Shown: positions 27,366 to 38,415, numbered from the stretch's first letter. The stretch is DNA of 64,000 nucleotides from an uncultured Chloroflexia bacterium (GCA_963767035.1 CAVYBW010000001.1:2182547-2246546), one strand, 5' to 3'. Made by a program: numbers and translations. The notes: a model not told the origin generated them from the letters alone.

Positions 27366-27701
27366 ATGTTTGAACGTGAACTTCTTAAAGGTAGCCTCGG
27401 TTTGATGCTGATGGCACTCATTGAGCAAGGCCCAATGTATGGCTACCTAATCGCAAAGGAAATTCGCTCCCTCACCGACGATGTGATTGATCTCAAAGAG
27501 GGGTCGTTATATCCAGCGCTTCACCGGTTGGAAAAGGAAGGGATGATTGAAGGCTATTGGCAACGTCGTGAAGATGGCGTTGACCGACGCTACTATCGGA
27601 TAACGGCGGCTGGTCAAGCCGTCCTAGACGAACGTCGCGCCCAATGGAGTCGATTTAGTGCCGCAGTTTCAAAGGTGGTCTCCGATGCACCGTCCCAATG
27701 A
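27366..27701 (+). CDS. PadR-family transcriptional regulator
   Basis: Winged-helix PadR signature (GYLIAKEI ... LYPALHRLEKEGMIEGYW). Confidence 0.85.
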   Translation: MFERELLKGSLGLMLMALIEQGPMYGYLIAKEIRSLTDDVIDLKEGSLYPALHRLEKEGMIEGYWQRREDGVDRRYYRITAAGQAVLDERRAQWSRFSAAVSKVVSDAPSQ

Positions 27702-28221
27702 TAGCTATTTTGCTGAACTTGAACATGAATTAGCAGCGCTCAGTCTCGCCGAACGTGAAGCCATTTTACGTGAGCTTCGCTCGCACTACGACGATGCAAC
27801 TGCCGATCCGAATGCCGATGATCAGACATTACGCTTAGGTTTGCCATTCCAGGCCGATCAGATTGGACGTAAGCTCAAGCGAATTCATCGCTCGGCTAAA
27901 CGCGAGGCCGCCAAACATCGCACGATGATGATCATCGCAACCGTGATTGCCAGCATCGCAATTGTGCTCTCGTTTATTTTTCCATGGCTCGATGGCCATC
28001 TGGTGGCCTTCATCCTTGGTGGAACAGCGGTGGTCTGCTCGATTCTCTCAGTCGTAGGGATTTGGCTACCCAAACAAAAAATCGGCCAATGGCTTTTTTG
28101 GAGTGGTAGCACTGGTCTGACCTTGATCGGCCTACCATCAGTCATCAGTTTCAGTAGCTTCTATTTGATTTTCGGCCCTTTGTTGTTGTGGACAGGAACC
28201 CGACTACAACGGACGTCCTAA
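27685..28221 (+). CDS. Membrane protein co-transcribed with PadR (DUF1700-like)
   Basis: N-terminal soluble helices plus C-terminal TM helices; the typical partner of PadR genes. Confidence 0.5.
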   Translation: MHRPNDSYFAELEHELAALSLAEREAILRELRSHYDDATADPNADDQTLRLGLPFQADQIGRKLKRIHRSAKREAAKHRTMMIIATVIASIAIVLSFIFPWLDGHLVAFILGGTAVVCSILSVVGIWLPKQKIGQWLFWSGSTGLTLIGLPSVISFSSFYLIFGPLLLWTGTRLQRTS

Positions 28222-28287
28222 GCCGCTAACATGGCTGCCCCGTCGCGGCGGGGTTTCTTTAGTGTGCCTAAAACAAGGAGTAGATCT

Positions 28288-29307
28288 GTGTTACACGAAC
28301 AACAAGCCCCTGTCAGCCCCTTAGTCATCGGCGGCCCATGGACCCGCGAAGCCCGCGAACGGGCGATCGCTGAAGAAGTCAAATTGGCCTATATCGAATA
28401 TTTCCGCAAAGCTGTCAAAACTCGCAATTGGTTGCCATGGGATGATTTGCCCTTGCGCGAGATGGAACAATATGGCCATCTGCTCAGCGAAGATACCGTG
28501 ACGCTGGTCGAAAGTTTCCTCGGAGTCGAAGATTACGTTGGCGATTATGTCGAGGATACGATCAATATTGTTCATGGCAAGCGTGAACGGCGCAATATTC
28601 AATTGCAATGGGGCGCTGAAGAATCCAAGCATGCCGAAGCATGGGAATTGGTGTTGTTGCACTCAGGCCGCCGCACCAAAGAGCAATTAGAAACCTATCG
28701 CGATCAAGTGGCCGAGCATCGCTGGACGATGTATGAAAATCACCCTGGTTTTGATACGCCCTTAGGTGTCGCCGCCTATGCTATGGTCCAAGAACGCGCC
28801 ACCTATTTTAATTATGAAGAATTGCGCAAACGGATTCGGACTGAATATGGCTTGCCCGAACAAAGCACAGAAGAAGAACGTAAACGTGGCAAGCAAATTG
28901 GTGCAGCTGCCGCCTTCAAAATCGTTGGGGTTGATGAAATTGCCCACCACGGCATGTTTTTGCGGGTGATCGATATTTACAAGCGCTATTTGCCCTATGA
29001 AACGCTGGATATGGTGTTTCGGGTGCTGAATGGCTTCAACATGCCAGCGCTGCATATTTTGCCCAATGCCGAGGAAATGAAAGCCGCCTTGGAACGCACC
29101 AAGCTGTATACGCCACTCAAACATGGTCGTTTTGTCGCCAACCCCGTGCTCGATGCTATGGGCTTCAACAATAAACGCGCCCTCGAACGCGCAGTGCAGC
29201 AAGCCAAGCTCTTGCCAACCGGCCTTGGGCCTGAGCACGTCGCAATTGGCCGCGATGGCGAATTTGTGATTTCAATGCAGCCCGATGCTGAAATCGAAGC
29301 TGCCTAG
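28288..29307 (+). CDS. Soluble acyl-ACP desaturase (di-iron, DesA-type)
   Basis: Two EExxH di-iron motifs (EESKHAEAW, DEIAHHG). GTG start with an AAGGAG RBS. Confidence 0.8.
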   Translation: MLHEQQAPVSPLVIGGPWTREARERAIAEEVKLAYIEYFRKAVKTRNWLPWDDLPLREMEQYGHLLSEDTVTLVESFLGVEDYVGDYVEDTINIVHGKRERRNIQLQWGAEESKHAEAWELVLLHSGRRTKEQLETYRDQVAEHRWTMYENHPGFDTPLGVAAYAMVQERATYFNYEELRKRIRTEYGLPEQSTEEERKRGKQIGAAAAFKIVGVDEIAHHGMFLRVIDIYKRYLPYETLDMVFRVLNGFNMPALHILPNAEEMKAALERTKLYTPLKHGRFVANPVLDAMGFNNKRALERAVQQAKLLPTGLGPEHVAIGRDGEFVISMQPDAEIEAA

Positions 29308-29326
29308 AAATTCGTTTAAACACAAG

Positions 29327-29364
29327 AGCGCAGGCAGTTCTAAATTGCCTGCGCTTATTTTTTA
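29327..29364. terminator. Bidirectional intrinsic terminator
   Basis: AGCGCAGGCA-9nt-TGCCTGCGCT followed by TTATTTTTT. Confidence 0.65.
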
Positions 29365-29401
29365 GCCAACGCTCATCGAACAACAGAAATGAAGAAGAAC
29401 G

Positions 29402-29767
29402 TCAGGAATTGGAGATTGATGATTGTTGGGTGTTGGTATACGCCGCCAAATCTTGTTCTTCGATCATTGGCATAAAGCGCGTCATCTCGACCATCTTGAA
29501 GATTTTTTGATGGTGAGGGCTGACGTGTAAACAAAAGACCTTATAGCCATTCTTGCGCGCAGCCACCACAAATTTCAGCAGCACCGAAATGCCAGCCGAG
29601 TTGATAAACGCCACATCAGCAAAATCTAAAACCGTGATTGGTTTCATTTGAGTACAGGCATGCTCGATCGTTGCTGCCGAGACCGCATCGACGCTGTTGG
29701 TCAGAATATGCAACAGCACGACATCATCCCACTCTTCTCGTCGAATTACCGATTGTACATCGCTCAT
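29402..29767 (-). CDS. STAS-domain anti-sigma-factor antagonist (RsbV/SpoIIAA-like)
   Basis: STAS fold with a conserved Ser region (FINSAGISVL). AGGAG RBS before MSDVQS. Confidence 0.8.
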   Translation of the reverse strand: MSDVQSVIRREEWDDVVLLHILTNSVDAVSAATIEHACTQMKPITVLDFADVAFINSAGISVLLKFVVAARKNGYKVFCLHVSPHHQKIFKMVEMTRFMPMIEEQDLAAYTNTQQSSISNS

Positions 29768-29876
29768 AATAGATCTCCTAGGTTGGTCAACGCGGCCAAC
29801 TCTGCCATGATCATAGTTGAGCAGACGCTTTTTGGCAACCAAGCTGTATGAATTTTTGATGACAGCTTAGTGATGT

Positions 29877-30069
29877 GCGAGGGGTCAGTGGTCAGGCATC
29901 AGGGACTAGCTTTAACGCAGCGGCGCAGAGTAATGATGGATCTTGGCTTTGGGCTATTGGCTATGGGAGATTCCTTGGAAATACCAACAATTGTTCCGCT
30001 AGCCAAATACCAATAGCCTAGAGCCCTAGCCTTCGTGGATCAACTCTAGCTCTTGAATCCTGACCCCTC
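29877..30069. repeat. REP-like palindromic element (GAGGGGTCAG family) between the rsbW-like and STAS genes
   Basis: GAGGGGTCAGTGGTCAGG ... at the left end and CTGACCCCTC at the right end; abuts the rsbW-like stop codon. Confidence 0.5.
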
Positions 30070-30073
30070 ACCA

Positions 30074-30490
30074 TTACTTCGCTTTAAAAATCCGGAGGCG
30101 CAAACTTGTGCCGGTGCCTGAGCTTTGGACTTCGTATTGATCAACCAACTCGCTGATCAGATACGAGCCAAAACCGCGCAGCATACCCGATTCAAGATTA
30201 TCTTCCTCGACGACGCGCCGCTCAGCATTGAAATGCTCGATGCCCCTGCCATGATCAATAATTTCAACTTCTAATTGATCGGCGTGCAATGAAAAAATAA
30301 CTTCGACCGAGCCAACCACGCCACCGCCGCCATGCTCGATGGCGTTGGTCACAGCTTCGCTCACCGCCAGTTTGAGGTCTTCAACCCGTTCACGGGGAAA
30401 CCCCATTGTGCTACCGAGTTCGGCGGCACTGGCGCGGACAACCCGCTCAAAAACGAGGTCAGATGGAATGTTGAGGTGAATCCGATTCAT
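30074..30490 (-). CDS. Anti-sigma regulatory factor (RsbW/SpoIIAB-type Ser protein kinase, HATPase_c)
   Basis: N-box EAVTNAIEHG and G-boxes DHGRGI, GFGSYL. Confidence 0.8.
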   Translation of the reverse strand: MNRIHLNIPSDLVFERVVRASAAELGSTMGFPRERVEDLKLAVSEAVTNAIEHGGGGVVGSVEVIFSLHADQLEVEIIDHGRGIEHFNAERRVVEEDNLESGMLRGFGSYLISELVDQYEVQSSGTGTSLRLRIFKAK

Positions 30491-32044
30491 CGTGAACCTC
30501 CACGGGCCATTGCGCGGCCCTTTTGTGGTAATTGTTCCTGTTGGTTGATCAGATGTTCATAGCGGCGTAGATAGGCCTTACCCAAGGAACTGTTGCCAAC
30601 TTGGAGATAACATGCTCCCAAATAGTAAAGTGCTTGGGTATGGCGTGGGTTGCGGCGCAGCACTTTTTCAAATAACGGAATCGCTTGGGCTGGTTCTAAC
30701 ATTTCTTTATAGCAGGTACCAAGCATAAAGGTGGTTTCAATATCATCGGGCCAGTGCATTAACACATGGCTAAATTCACGCGAAGCCAAATCGTAGCGGC
30801 GGCGGCGGGTATACATATAGCCCAAATCGTAGCGCAATGAATGCGCATGCGGCGCTAACTCCACAGCTTTGCGCCACGCAGCCAAGGCCCAGCTTTCATG
30901 GCCCAGCACCGTATACATAAAACCGAGCAAATAGTAGGCATTGGGATCTTTGGGCAAGAGCTGCACTGCGCGTTCAAAAGCTCGCATGGCGGCATGATGT
31001 TTTTCTGAAATCATACAGCAGCTTGCCCATTTGCAAGAACACTTGGCCATCGTTGGGGCGCAATTTGGCGGTGCTATACAAATGGGTATAGGCTTCGCGA
31101 TGCTTGCCTTGAAAACGTAAAATCGCGCTGATCCGCAGCCGTGCATCAACATAGTAGCGGTCTTGGGGCGGAATCCGGCCATATTCTTGAAAAGCCAGTT
31201 CCCAGCGCCGCGCCCGCGCCAACAAATTACCAAGCAAATAGCGGGCCCGATGCTCAGTTGGTCGCCATTTGAGCAAGGCATCATAAATCCGCTTGGCATC
31301 TTCGTCGTAGCCTTGGGATTTAAGATCGTCGCTCAAACGATAGTACCAATTGGCGACCTCTTGCTCAGATTTGCTGACCAGCACTTCATCGGGGCCAACG
31401 CTGGGCGAGATAAAAGTTGGTTCAACCCGCAGCGCCTCAGCAAAACAGCGTTGAGCCAATTCGTGAGCGCCATGTGCTTGGTGCATCAACCCCATGTAAT
31501 ACAATGGTTCGCCGGCATAGGGCCGCAATTCGCGGGCTGAAGTAAAGTGAATATAGGCACGGCCAGCATCATCGAGCATCTGATAGGCGCGACCAAGCGC
31601 AAAATGGGCCTCGTACAAGCCATTGTTATGCTCAAGCGCTTCCTTGAACGCGCCAATCGCCCGATCAATTTGGCGCATCGCTCCAAAGGCCACGCCCAAG
31701 TTATAGTGAGCTTCGGCCAATTGCGGATCGGTTTGTACCGATTCCAAATATTCGCGCTGGGCAGTTGGCCAATCATCTTGAAAGGCACAGGCATTGCCAA
31801 TATACAAATAAATAATCGCTCGCTCGCGATCGTAAATTTGCGATTTCTCATCGCCCTCAACATAGGCCGCGATCAAGGCGGTTTTGAAATGCTCGATCGC
31901 ATCAGGATAATTAGCGGCCAAATAGGCTTTGATCCCGCGCCCAAACGCAGCACCCAAGCGCGTCCCAGCCATAAAACGCTCGCTCCCAGCAAAGGTATCG
32001 AGGTCCAGCGGCATTACATTTAGCGTGTCAACATTGGTAGTCAT
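30487..32044 (-). CDS. TPR-repeat protein, disrupted by a frameshift at the T5/A5 run 31000-31004
   Basis: ORFs 30974..32044 and 30487..31299 are both TPR-rich. Removing one A from AGAAAAACA fuses them. Confidence 0.7.
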
Positions 32045-32054
32045 AACAGTTCCC

Positions 32055-33149
32055 TTAGGACGATCCTTTGGTGGATTGGAGCAAGCGATATTCTTCGATC
32101 ACTGGGCGCAATTGCGCTTGGAGTTCGCGGGCAATCCCACGGCCAAATTGGCTAGCAACCATCTCATTGAGCGGGCGCAATAATTCCAGGCATTGGTCGG
32201 GGGTGCGAGTGGTGCCAACAAGCTCCAAGCTTTGCCACCACTCATCGGCAGTAATTGGCCCAACCACATCGCCGACAATGCTATGCATTTCATCAAGCAA
32301 ATTGGCCAAGCGCCGCCGCACAAGCACCATCGTCACATCATCGTGTTTAAGTTGGCCTTTGGTCCAAGCACGAACTTCGCTAAGCACTCGCGCCATCAAG
32401 GCTCGCGGCTTGAGATGGCCAACGGTTTGTAAGAGGCTTTGAAAGCGTGGATAGCCATATAACACTTGATGCTCATTGGTTGCTTCGACAACTCCATCAG
32501 TGTACAACATCACCGAATCGCCATAATTCAGTTGTAAGATGGATTCAGTATAGCAATCAATTTCCATCACGCCGAGTGGCACACCTGACGTTTCGATTTC
32601 AACTACTTGATTATTGATCACAATCAGATAATTGTGACCAGCATTTGCCAACTGCATCATCCCGGTTTGCGGGTTGATTAATGCATAGAGCATCGTAACC
32701 ATGCCATGCGGCATCTCTTCGATCAAAATATTATTGACTGCTGCCAAGGTTTGGCCCGGCGATTGACCACGGCGCACTTCGGCCCGAAAGACCGTTCGGG
32801 CTACCGCCATGCGCAAGGCCGCCGGCAAGCCCTTGCCGCTCACATCGCCAATCATAATCCCTTGAGTGCCATTGACGGCCAGAAAATCGTAAAGGTCGCC
32901 ACCAAGCTCACGCGCTGGCAATGAGACCGCGCTCAATTCCCAGCCAGGTAGGCGCGGCACAGTTTCGAGCATCAAGCCTTGTTGCAAATCGCGGGCCAAT
33001 TGCAAATCTTGTTCCAACTCAGCTTGGCGCGGGTCGGGCGCTGGCACTTCGGGCGGCGCTGGCAACGGTGACTCAAGTGGAATCGTCACCCGACCTTGGG
33101 CGCGATGACTGAGCAGTGAACTATACATTGCTGGTTGTACTTTTTGCAT
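32055..33149 (-). CDS. PP2C-type Ser/Thr phosphatase (RsbU/SpoIIE family)
   Basis: GDVSGKG, ANAGHN and YTDGVVEA PP2C motifs. Confidence 0.85.
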   Translation of the reverse strand: MQKVQPAMYSSLLSHRAQGRVTIPLESPLPAPPEVPAPDPRQAELEQDLQLARDLQQGLMLETVPRLPGWELSAVSLPARELGGDLYDFLAVNGTQGIMIGDVSGKGLPAALRMAVARTVFRAEVRRGQSPGQTLAAVNNILIEEMPHGMVTMLYALINPQTGMMQLANAGHNYLIVINNQVVEIETSGVPLGVMEIDCYTESILQLNYGDSVMLYTDGVVEATNEHQVLYGYPRFQSLLQTVGHLKPRALMARVLSEVRAWTKGQLKHDDVTMVLVRRRLANLLDEMHSIVGDVVGPITADEWWQSLELVGTTRTPDQCLELLRPLNEMVASQFGRGIARELQAQLRPVIEEYRLLQSTKGSS

Positions 33150-33153
33150 AATT

Positions 33154-34614
33154 TTAGAATGTTCCTTGGCTGGCTTCTAATGCGCCAATCCAGCGTTCAC
33201 AGGCAGAACGCAACCACCCAACTGCGATTCCATCGATCACTGCGCTGCTTGAATGCTGCGCCAATTTGCGCAAGGCATGTTGATAATAGCGCAAGGCTGC
33301 GGTTGACCGTCCTTGATGGCGATAGCTTTCGGCTAAGTGAAAGGCAATCGTCGGCGAGTCGGGCACTAAATAACTGGCACGCTCTAGATAATTAATTGCT
33401 TTATCCCACGCGCCTTGGTTGAGTTCAATCATGCCCAGCACCACATATGCAGCATCTTGCAGGACATCAAGCTCTAAGGCCCGGCGAGCTTCGGCAGCCG
33501 CTTGCTCATGTTGACCAAGATCGGCGTGCAATTGGGCGGCCAAGGCTAAAATTGCTGGCTGGCGCTGATTGGGCGCAATCGTTGCCAACAAACTCAAGCC
33601 ACGTCGCTGTTGACCCTGACTACGTAACTTCCGCGCTTCATCCAACAAACTGGGCACATCGGGCAGTTTGGGCGGATTGACCGTCGCCAATGGCCGGGTG
33701 ATTGGCCGTGGCCGTGGCGCTGGCTGCTCAACTGGCTTGCTGAGCGGCGTAGTAATTGGCCGTTCGCTCAAGTTGGCTCGTAGTTTGGGCTGACCATCGC
33801 CTTTACGATAGATAAAGGCTCCAGCCACCTCGACCGTTTCAAAGCGATCAAAAATGCCCCACAGCGATTCAGAAAAGCCCAAGAGCAAATAACCACCAAC
33901 CGCCATCGCTGCGTAGATCCGTTCGATCAGCTGGCGACATGTTTCAAGCTGAAAATAGATCGTGACATTTTGGCAAAACACCAGATCAAGCTGATAGGCC
34001 CAATGGGGCAAGACATCGAGCAAATTGTGCTGCTCGAATTGTACCAAGGATCGCACAGCTTCGCTGACACGTAGCGACCCATTGGGCTGCGGCTCAAACC
34101 ACTGTTTGTAGTCGGCTTGAACATTGGTCAACGAACGCCCACGATATTCGGCGGCAATCGCTCGCTCAAGCGGCACATGGCTTAAATCGGTAGCCCAAAT
34201 CGAAATCGGGCGGCTCGGCGGATTGCCCCATTGCTGCAATGCCACCATGGCCATGCTATATGGTTCCTCGCCGGTCGAACAGCCAGCGCTCCAGCAACGC
34301 AGCGGACGCAACGGCGAACGCAAACGCTGCAATTCAGGCAAAATATGCTCACGCAAGGCCCGAAAATGGGCTGGGTTGCGAAAAAACTGCGTTTCATGAT
34401 TGGCCAAGCGTTCAGCCAACCATTGCAATTCGCTGCCATTGGTTGGGTCTTGAATTCGTAGCGTATAGGCAGCGGCGCTAATTTGCAACTGGCGAAAGCG
34501 TTCCTGAACAAGCATCCGCCCTTGGCGCATGCGACTATCATCAAGATACAACCCCGCTCGGCGAGCAAGATAATCGCGGATGATCGTCCATTGTTCAGTG
34601 CTTAGCTCGCTCAT
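33154..34614 (-). CDS. cheR: Chemotaxis methyltransferase CheR fused to a C-terminal TPR domain
   Basis: CheR SAM-dependent MTase core (FFRNPAHF, WSAGCSTGEEPYS) followed by TPR repeats. The start overlaps the cheB stop. Confidence 0.85.
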   Translation of the reverse strand: MSELSTEQWTIIRDYLARRAGLYLDDSRMRQGRMLVQERFRQLQISAAAYTLRIQDPTNGSELQWLAERLANHETQFFRNPAHFRALREHILPELQRLRSPLRPLRCWSAGCSTGEEPYSMAMVALQQWGNPPSRPISIWATDLSHVPLERAIAAEYRGRSLTNVQADYKQWFEPQPNGSLRVSEAVRSLVQFEQHNLLDVLPHWAYQLDLVFCQNVTIYFQLETCRQLIERIYAAMAVGGYLLLGFSESLWGIFDRFETVEVAGAFIYRKGDGQPKLRANLSERPITTPLSKPVEQPAPRPRPITRPLATVNPPKLPDVPSLLDEARKLRSQGQQRRGLSLLATIAPNQRQPAILALAAQLHADLGQHEQAAAEARRALELDVLQDAAYVVLGMIELNQGAWDKAINYLERASYLVPDSPTIAFHLAESYRHQGRSTAALRYYQHALRKLAQHSSSAVIDGIAVGWLRSACERWIGALEASQGTF

Positions 34615-35693
34615 CGCCGGGTAGTTTCGCTGAGCAGCGTCACCAAACGCGGCGCAATCTGATCGGCGGCTAAAAATTCCATCGCAGCCCCAGCCTCCTC
34701 TGCTGCTCGCGGCATGCCCCAAATTGCGCTGGTAGCCCGATCTTGGGCGATGGTGCGTGCACCAGCCCGACGCAAGGCCAACAAACCTTGGGCACCATCA
34801 CGGCCCATGCCAGTCAACAGCACGCCAATCGTTTGTTTAGGCAGCACCTTGGCGGCAGATTGCATGGTCACATCGACCGATGGATACAATAACGTATCTG
34901 GCTCCGATTCAAGATGCACCGTCCAATTGCCGTCAATGCGCAAATGATGGGTATCTGGCGCAACATAAACATGGCCATTTTGCAAACGCATGCGATGTTG
35001 AGCCAACTCCACGGTCAACGGCGAATGATTGTCCAACCAGTCTACCATTGTACCAACAAATCCCTCGGCGATGTGCTGCACAATGATAATGCTTGCGGGG
35101 ATACCCGCAGGCAGACTATGCAGCAATTTGTATAACACTCGTGGGCCACCAGTTGAAGCCCCAACTACAATCAACCAGCGTTGGCTTGGCGGGCTAACCG
35201 AGGCCAGCAGCAAGGGAATATTGGTTTCGGTGGTCGGCGATTTGCGTCGTCGCCCGCGCAGGTGGGTAACCACCCGCACCCGTGAAAGCACCTTAACCCG
35301 CTCGAGCAGCCGCAGCCGATTGCGCTCGCCTTGGGCTAAGGTCAAGTCATTGGGTTTTTCCCAAACTTCCAAGGCTCCGGCGTTGAGCATTTGAAAGGTT
35401 AAGTTCCGATCATGGCGAGTTAGCGATGAAGTGATGACCAAAATTGGTGTAGGATGATAGGCCATAATTTCTTCGGTGGCCTGCAATCCATCCATCACCG
35501 GCATGCGCACATCCATCGTGATAATATCTGGTTGCAATGCTGCCACCAATTGCACCGCCTCACGGCCATCACGTGCCTCGCCAACCACCTGAATCGCTGG
35601 ATCACTGGCTAAAATAGTGCTGATGACTCGGCGCGAAACCGCCGAATCATCGACAACTAAGACTCGAATTGGTGCAAGCGGCCCTGTCATCAT
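34611..35693 (-). CDS. cheB: Protein-glutamate methylesterase CheB (REC plus methylesterase)
   Basis: N-terminal REC (VLVVDDS ... DVRMP) and CheB catalytic domain (GASTGGP, HIAEGF). Confidence 0.9.
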   Translation of the reverse strand: MMTGPLAPIRVLVVDDSAVSRRVISTILASDPAIQVVGEARDGREAVQLVAALQPDIITMDVRMPVMDGLQATEEIMAYHPTPILVITSSLTRHDRNLTFQMLNAGALEVWEKPNDLTLAQGERNRLRLLERVKVLSRVRVVTHLRGRRRKSPTTETNIPLLLASVSPPSQRWLIVVGASTGGPRVLYKLLHSLPAGIPASIIIVQHIAEGFVGTMVDWLDNHSPLTVELAQHRMRLQNGHVYVAPDTHHLRIDGNWTVHLESEPDTLLYPSVDVTMQSAAKVLPKQTIGVLLTGMGRDGAQGLLALRRAGARTIAQDRATSAIWGMPRAAEEAGAAMEFLAADQIAPRLVTLLSETTRR

Positions 35694-36052
35694 TACATAC
35701 CCAACAGCAGTTTGACCCGATTGGGCAAATCGAGCAAGTCAAGATCCTTGTTGAGATAATCATCTACACCCGCCTCGAAGCCGGCCCGTTTATCATCCAT
35801 CGAGGTTAACATGATGATTGGCAATTCTTCAAACAGTGGATTGGCGCGCAGCTGACGGCAAACCTCGTAGCCATCAATTCCAGGCATTTGCACATCCAAC
35901 ACAACTAAATCAGGCGTGAGATCGCCGATTTTTTGCAGTGCTTCCTCGCCGCTATAGGCCAAATCGACGGCATAGCCATACATTTCCAGCCGCATTTTGA
36001 CAATATCGGTAACTAGTTTGCTATCGTCAACAACTAAAATTCGTTCACTCAT
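35693..36052 (-). CDS. cheY: CheY-like single-domain response regulator
   Basis: REC domain motifs: ILVVDDS, DVQMP, K. Confidence 0.85.
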   Translation of the reverse strand: MSERILVVDDSKLVTDIVKMRLEMYGYAVDLAYSGEEALQKIGDLTPDLVVLDVQMPGIDGYEVCRQLRANPLFEELPIIMLTSMDDKRAGFEAGVDDYLNKDLDLLDLPNRVKLLLGM

Positions 36053-36102
36053 TGAAAAACTCCTCGCAGGGGAACATACACATTGATCAAGGCGGCGCTA
36101 TT

Positions 36103-38415
36103 TTAGCGGCCAAGTAATTGATGAATCGTTTCGAGCAAGTTGCTTTGATCAAACTGGCTTTTGACGATATAGGCTTGCGCGCCAGCCAATAAGCCTTCGC
36201 GGCGGTCACTATCACGGGCTAGGCTTGTGATAATGATAATTGGCAATTGGCGCAAGCGTTCATGGCCACGCACGCGGCGGGTTAGCTCAAAGCCAGTTAG
36301 CAACGGCATTTCAACATCGCTTACCAGCAGATCGTAGGAATTGAGATTGAGCTTGTCAAGCGCATCTTGACCATTAATCGCTGTTTCTACGATGTAGCCC
36401 GCCGATTGTAGCATTGAGCGTAGTAGTTCGCGGGTGGTAAATGAATCTTCAGCAACCAGTAATTTGGCTGGCTGACGTTTGCTGGGCGCCGGCAAGCTAA
36501 CTGGCTTGCCCCATTCACGGGCGCGGGCAGCAATCGCCAAGGGGTTGAGCACCAGCACCAAGCGGCCATCGGGCAGGGCAATCGCCCCGGTGCATAAACG
36601 CTGTTCGCTCAATAAAGCGCCCAACGATTTCACCACGACCTCGCGTTCATCGACCAATTTATCAACCAGCAAGGCCAAGGGACGATTGGCAGGCCCTAAA
36701 ACCACCAAATTGGAAATATCCGATGGTTGGGGCAACGGGCCGCGTTGCTCAAGCAACGGCGCAAGCGCCACAATGCTCACGCTGCGCTCATCGACCCGCA
36801 CACTTGGTCGACCTTCTACCATTTGAATTTGCGCGCCTGATACGCGCCGCCCGCCCAAACAAGCGGTCGAAGGCAAGGCATAGGTGGTTCCAGCCACATC
36901 AAACAATAGCACGCGGGTTGTCAGCAAAGTAATCGGCAGAATCAACGTAAAGGTGGTGCCTTGACCAAGCACCGAATCCACATCAACCCGTCCGCCAACT
37001 TCGGTCACGGCGGCACGCACCACGTCCATGCCCACGCCACGGCCAGAAACATCGGTGATGATTGCGCTGGTGGAAAAACCAGGCTGCCAGATCAACTCCA
37101 AGGCTTCTTCATCGCGCAAACGGGCTGCGGCCTCAGCATCGATAATCCCACGTTTAATCGCTGTCGATCGAATGATTGCAGGATCAATCCCACGGCCATC
37201 GTCACTAATGGCTAGCTCAATTGTGCCACCCAATGAGCGCGCTTGCAGCCGCAAGGTCGCTTCGACAGGCTTTTTGGCCTTAACGCGCTCATCGGGGGTT
37301 TCAACCCCATGATCAAGCGCATTGCGCACCAAGTGCAACAACGGATCAGCCATCAATTCGATTACTTTGCGGTCGGCCTCGGTGGTTTCGCCATCGGTGA
37401 TTAAATTAACTTCTTTGCCCAGCGACCTAGCTAATTCACGGACTGCGCGCGGAATCGGTGCAAACAAACCAGCAACTGGCTGCAAACGGGTTGCCATCAC
37501 CTCAGCTTCAAGTTCATCGACCAAGGCTTCGCTGGCAGCGCTATGGCTGCTCCAACGCTCGCTTAGCAAACGCAACTGATTACGCGTCGCTTGAGCCAAA
37601 TTTTGCAGTTGGCTGGCTAATTCGCTGGCCTCACGCCGTTGCTGAAAGGTCACCCGTTGGCCCGTCAAGCGCTCGCTCAATTGTTGGCTTAGGCGCTCAC
37701 TTTTGGTCAGCAATTTATCTAAAGCTTCAAGATCGGCGACATGCTCAAGGTGCAATTGGCGAGTTACCACCAACTCACCAGCAGTATTCAACAAGCGATC
37801 TAAGCGCGAAATTGGCACGCGCACCGTCGAACGCGTGGTGTTAATCAGCTTTGGGGCTTCGCTCGCAGGCTTGGCTTTGGTTTTTGCGGCTGGCGGCGTT
37901 GCGACAACTGGCGCTGGCTGAGATTGTTCAACCTCAACGGGAATCGACTCTGGCTCAGGTGCTGCTTCGAGCACTGGCTCGACAATTGGTACAGGTTTGG
38001 CGACTGGCAGCGTAGTTGGTACGCTTTCGCCAGCCGCCAAGGCATTCAGTTGCTCCACCAAGATATCCACTTGCGGATCAGTTGGTGGTGGCTCGTTGAC
38101 CTGAGCGTTCAAGACCAGCAACACATCAGCGCTGGCCAACAGCACATCATTAATGCTTGAATTCATGGCCAGCATGCCACTGCGCAAGGCCGAAAGCAAG
38201 CTCTCCATACTATGTGCCAAACGCCCCATATCGATTTGGCCCAGCATACGGGCTGAGCCTTTGATCGTATGTGCCGCCCGAAAAATCGTATCAATCGCTT
38301 CGCGATCGCCTGGGTTTGACTCTAAGGCCAACAAGCCGCTAGTCAAGGCCCGCACATTCTCTTCAGTTTCTTCGCGAAACTGGCCAAAAAATGCTGATAA
38401 ATCAAAACCGCCCAT
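36103..38415 (-). CDS. cheA: Hybrid CheA histidine kinase (HPt-dimerisation-HATPase-CheW-REC)
   Basis: HPt motif AAHTIKGSARMLG, HATPase block HLVRNALDHG...DDGRGID, a CheW-like domain and a C-terminal REC (LLVAEDS ... DVEMP). Confidence 0.9.
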   Translation of the reverse strand: MGGFDLSAFFGQFREETEENVRALTSGLLALESNPGDREAIDTIFRAAHTIKGSARMLGQIDMGRLAHSMESLLSALRSGMLAMNSSINDVLLASADVLLVLNAQVNEPPPTDPQVDILVEQLNALAAGESVPTTLPVAKPVPIVEPVLEAAPEPESIPVEVEQSQPAPVVATPPAAKTKAKPASEAPKLINTTRSTVRVPISRLDRLLNTAGELVVTRQLHLEHVADLEALDKLLTKSERLSQQLSERLTGQRVTFQQRREASELASQLQNLAQATRNQLRLLSERWSSHSAASEALVDELEAEVMATRLQPVAGLFAPIPRAVRELARSLGKEVNLITDGETTEADRKVIELMADPLLHLVRNALDHGVETPDERVKAKKPVEATLRLQARSLGGTIELAISDDGRGIDPAIIRSTAIKRGIIDAEAAARLRDEEALELIWQPGFSTSAIITDVSGRGVGMDVVRAAVTEVGGRVDVDSVLGQGTTFTLILPITLLTTRVLLFDVAGTTYALPSTACLGGRRVSGAQIQMVEGRPSVRVDERSVSIVALAPLLEQRGPLPQPSDISNLVVLGPANRPLALLVDKLVDEREVVVKSLGALLSEQRLCTGAIALPDGRLVLVLNPLAIAARAREWGKPVSLPAPSKRQPAKLLVAEDSFTTRELLRSMLQSAGYIVETAINGQDALDKLNLNSYDLLVSDVEMPLLTGFELTRRVRGHERLRQLPIIIITSLARDSDRREGLLAGAQAYIVKSQFDQSNLLETIHQLLGR

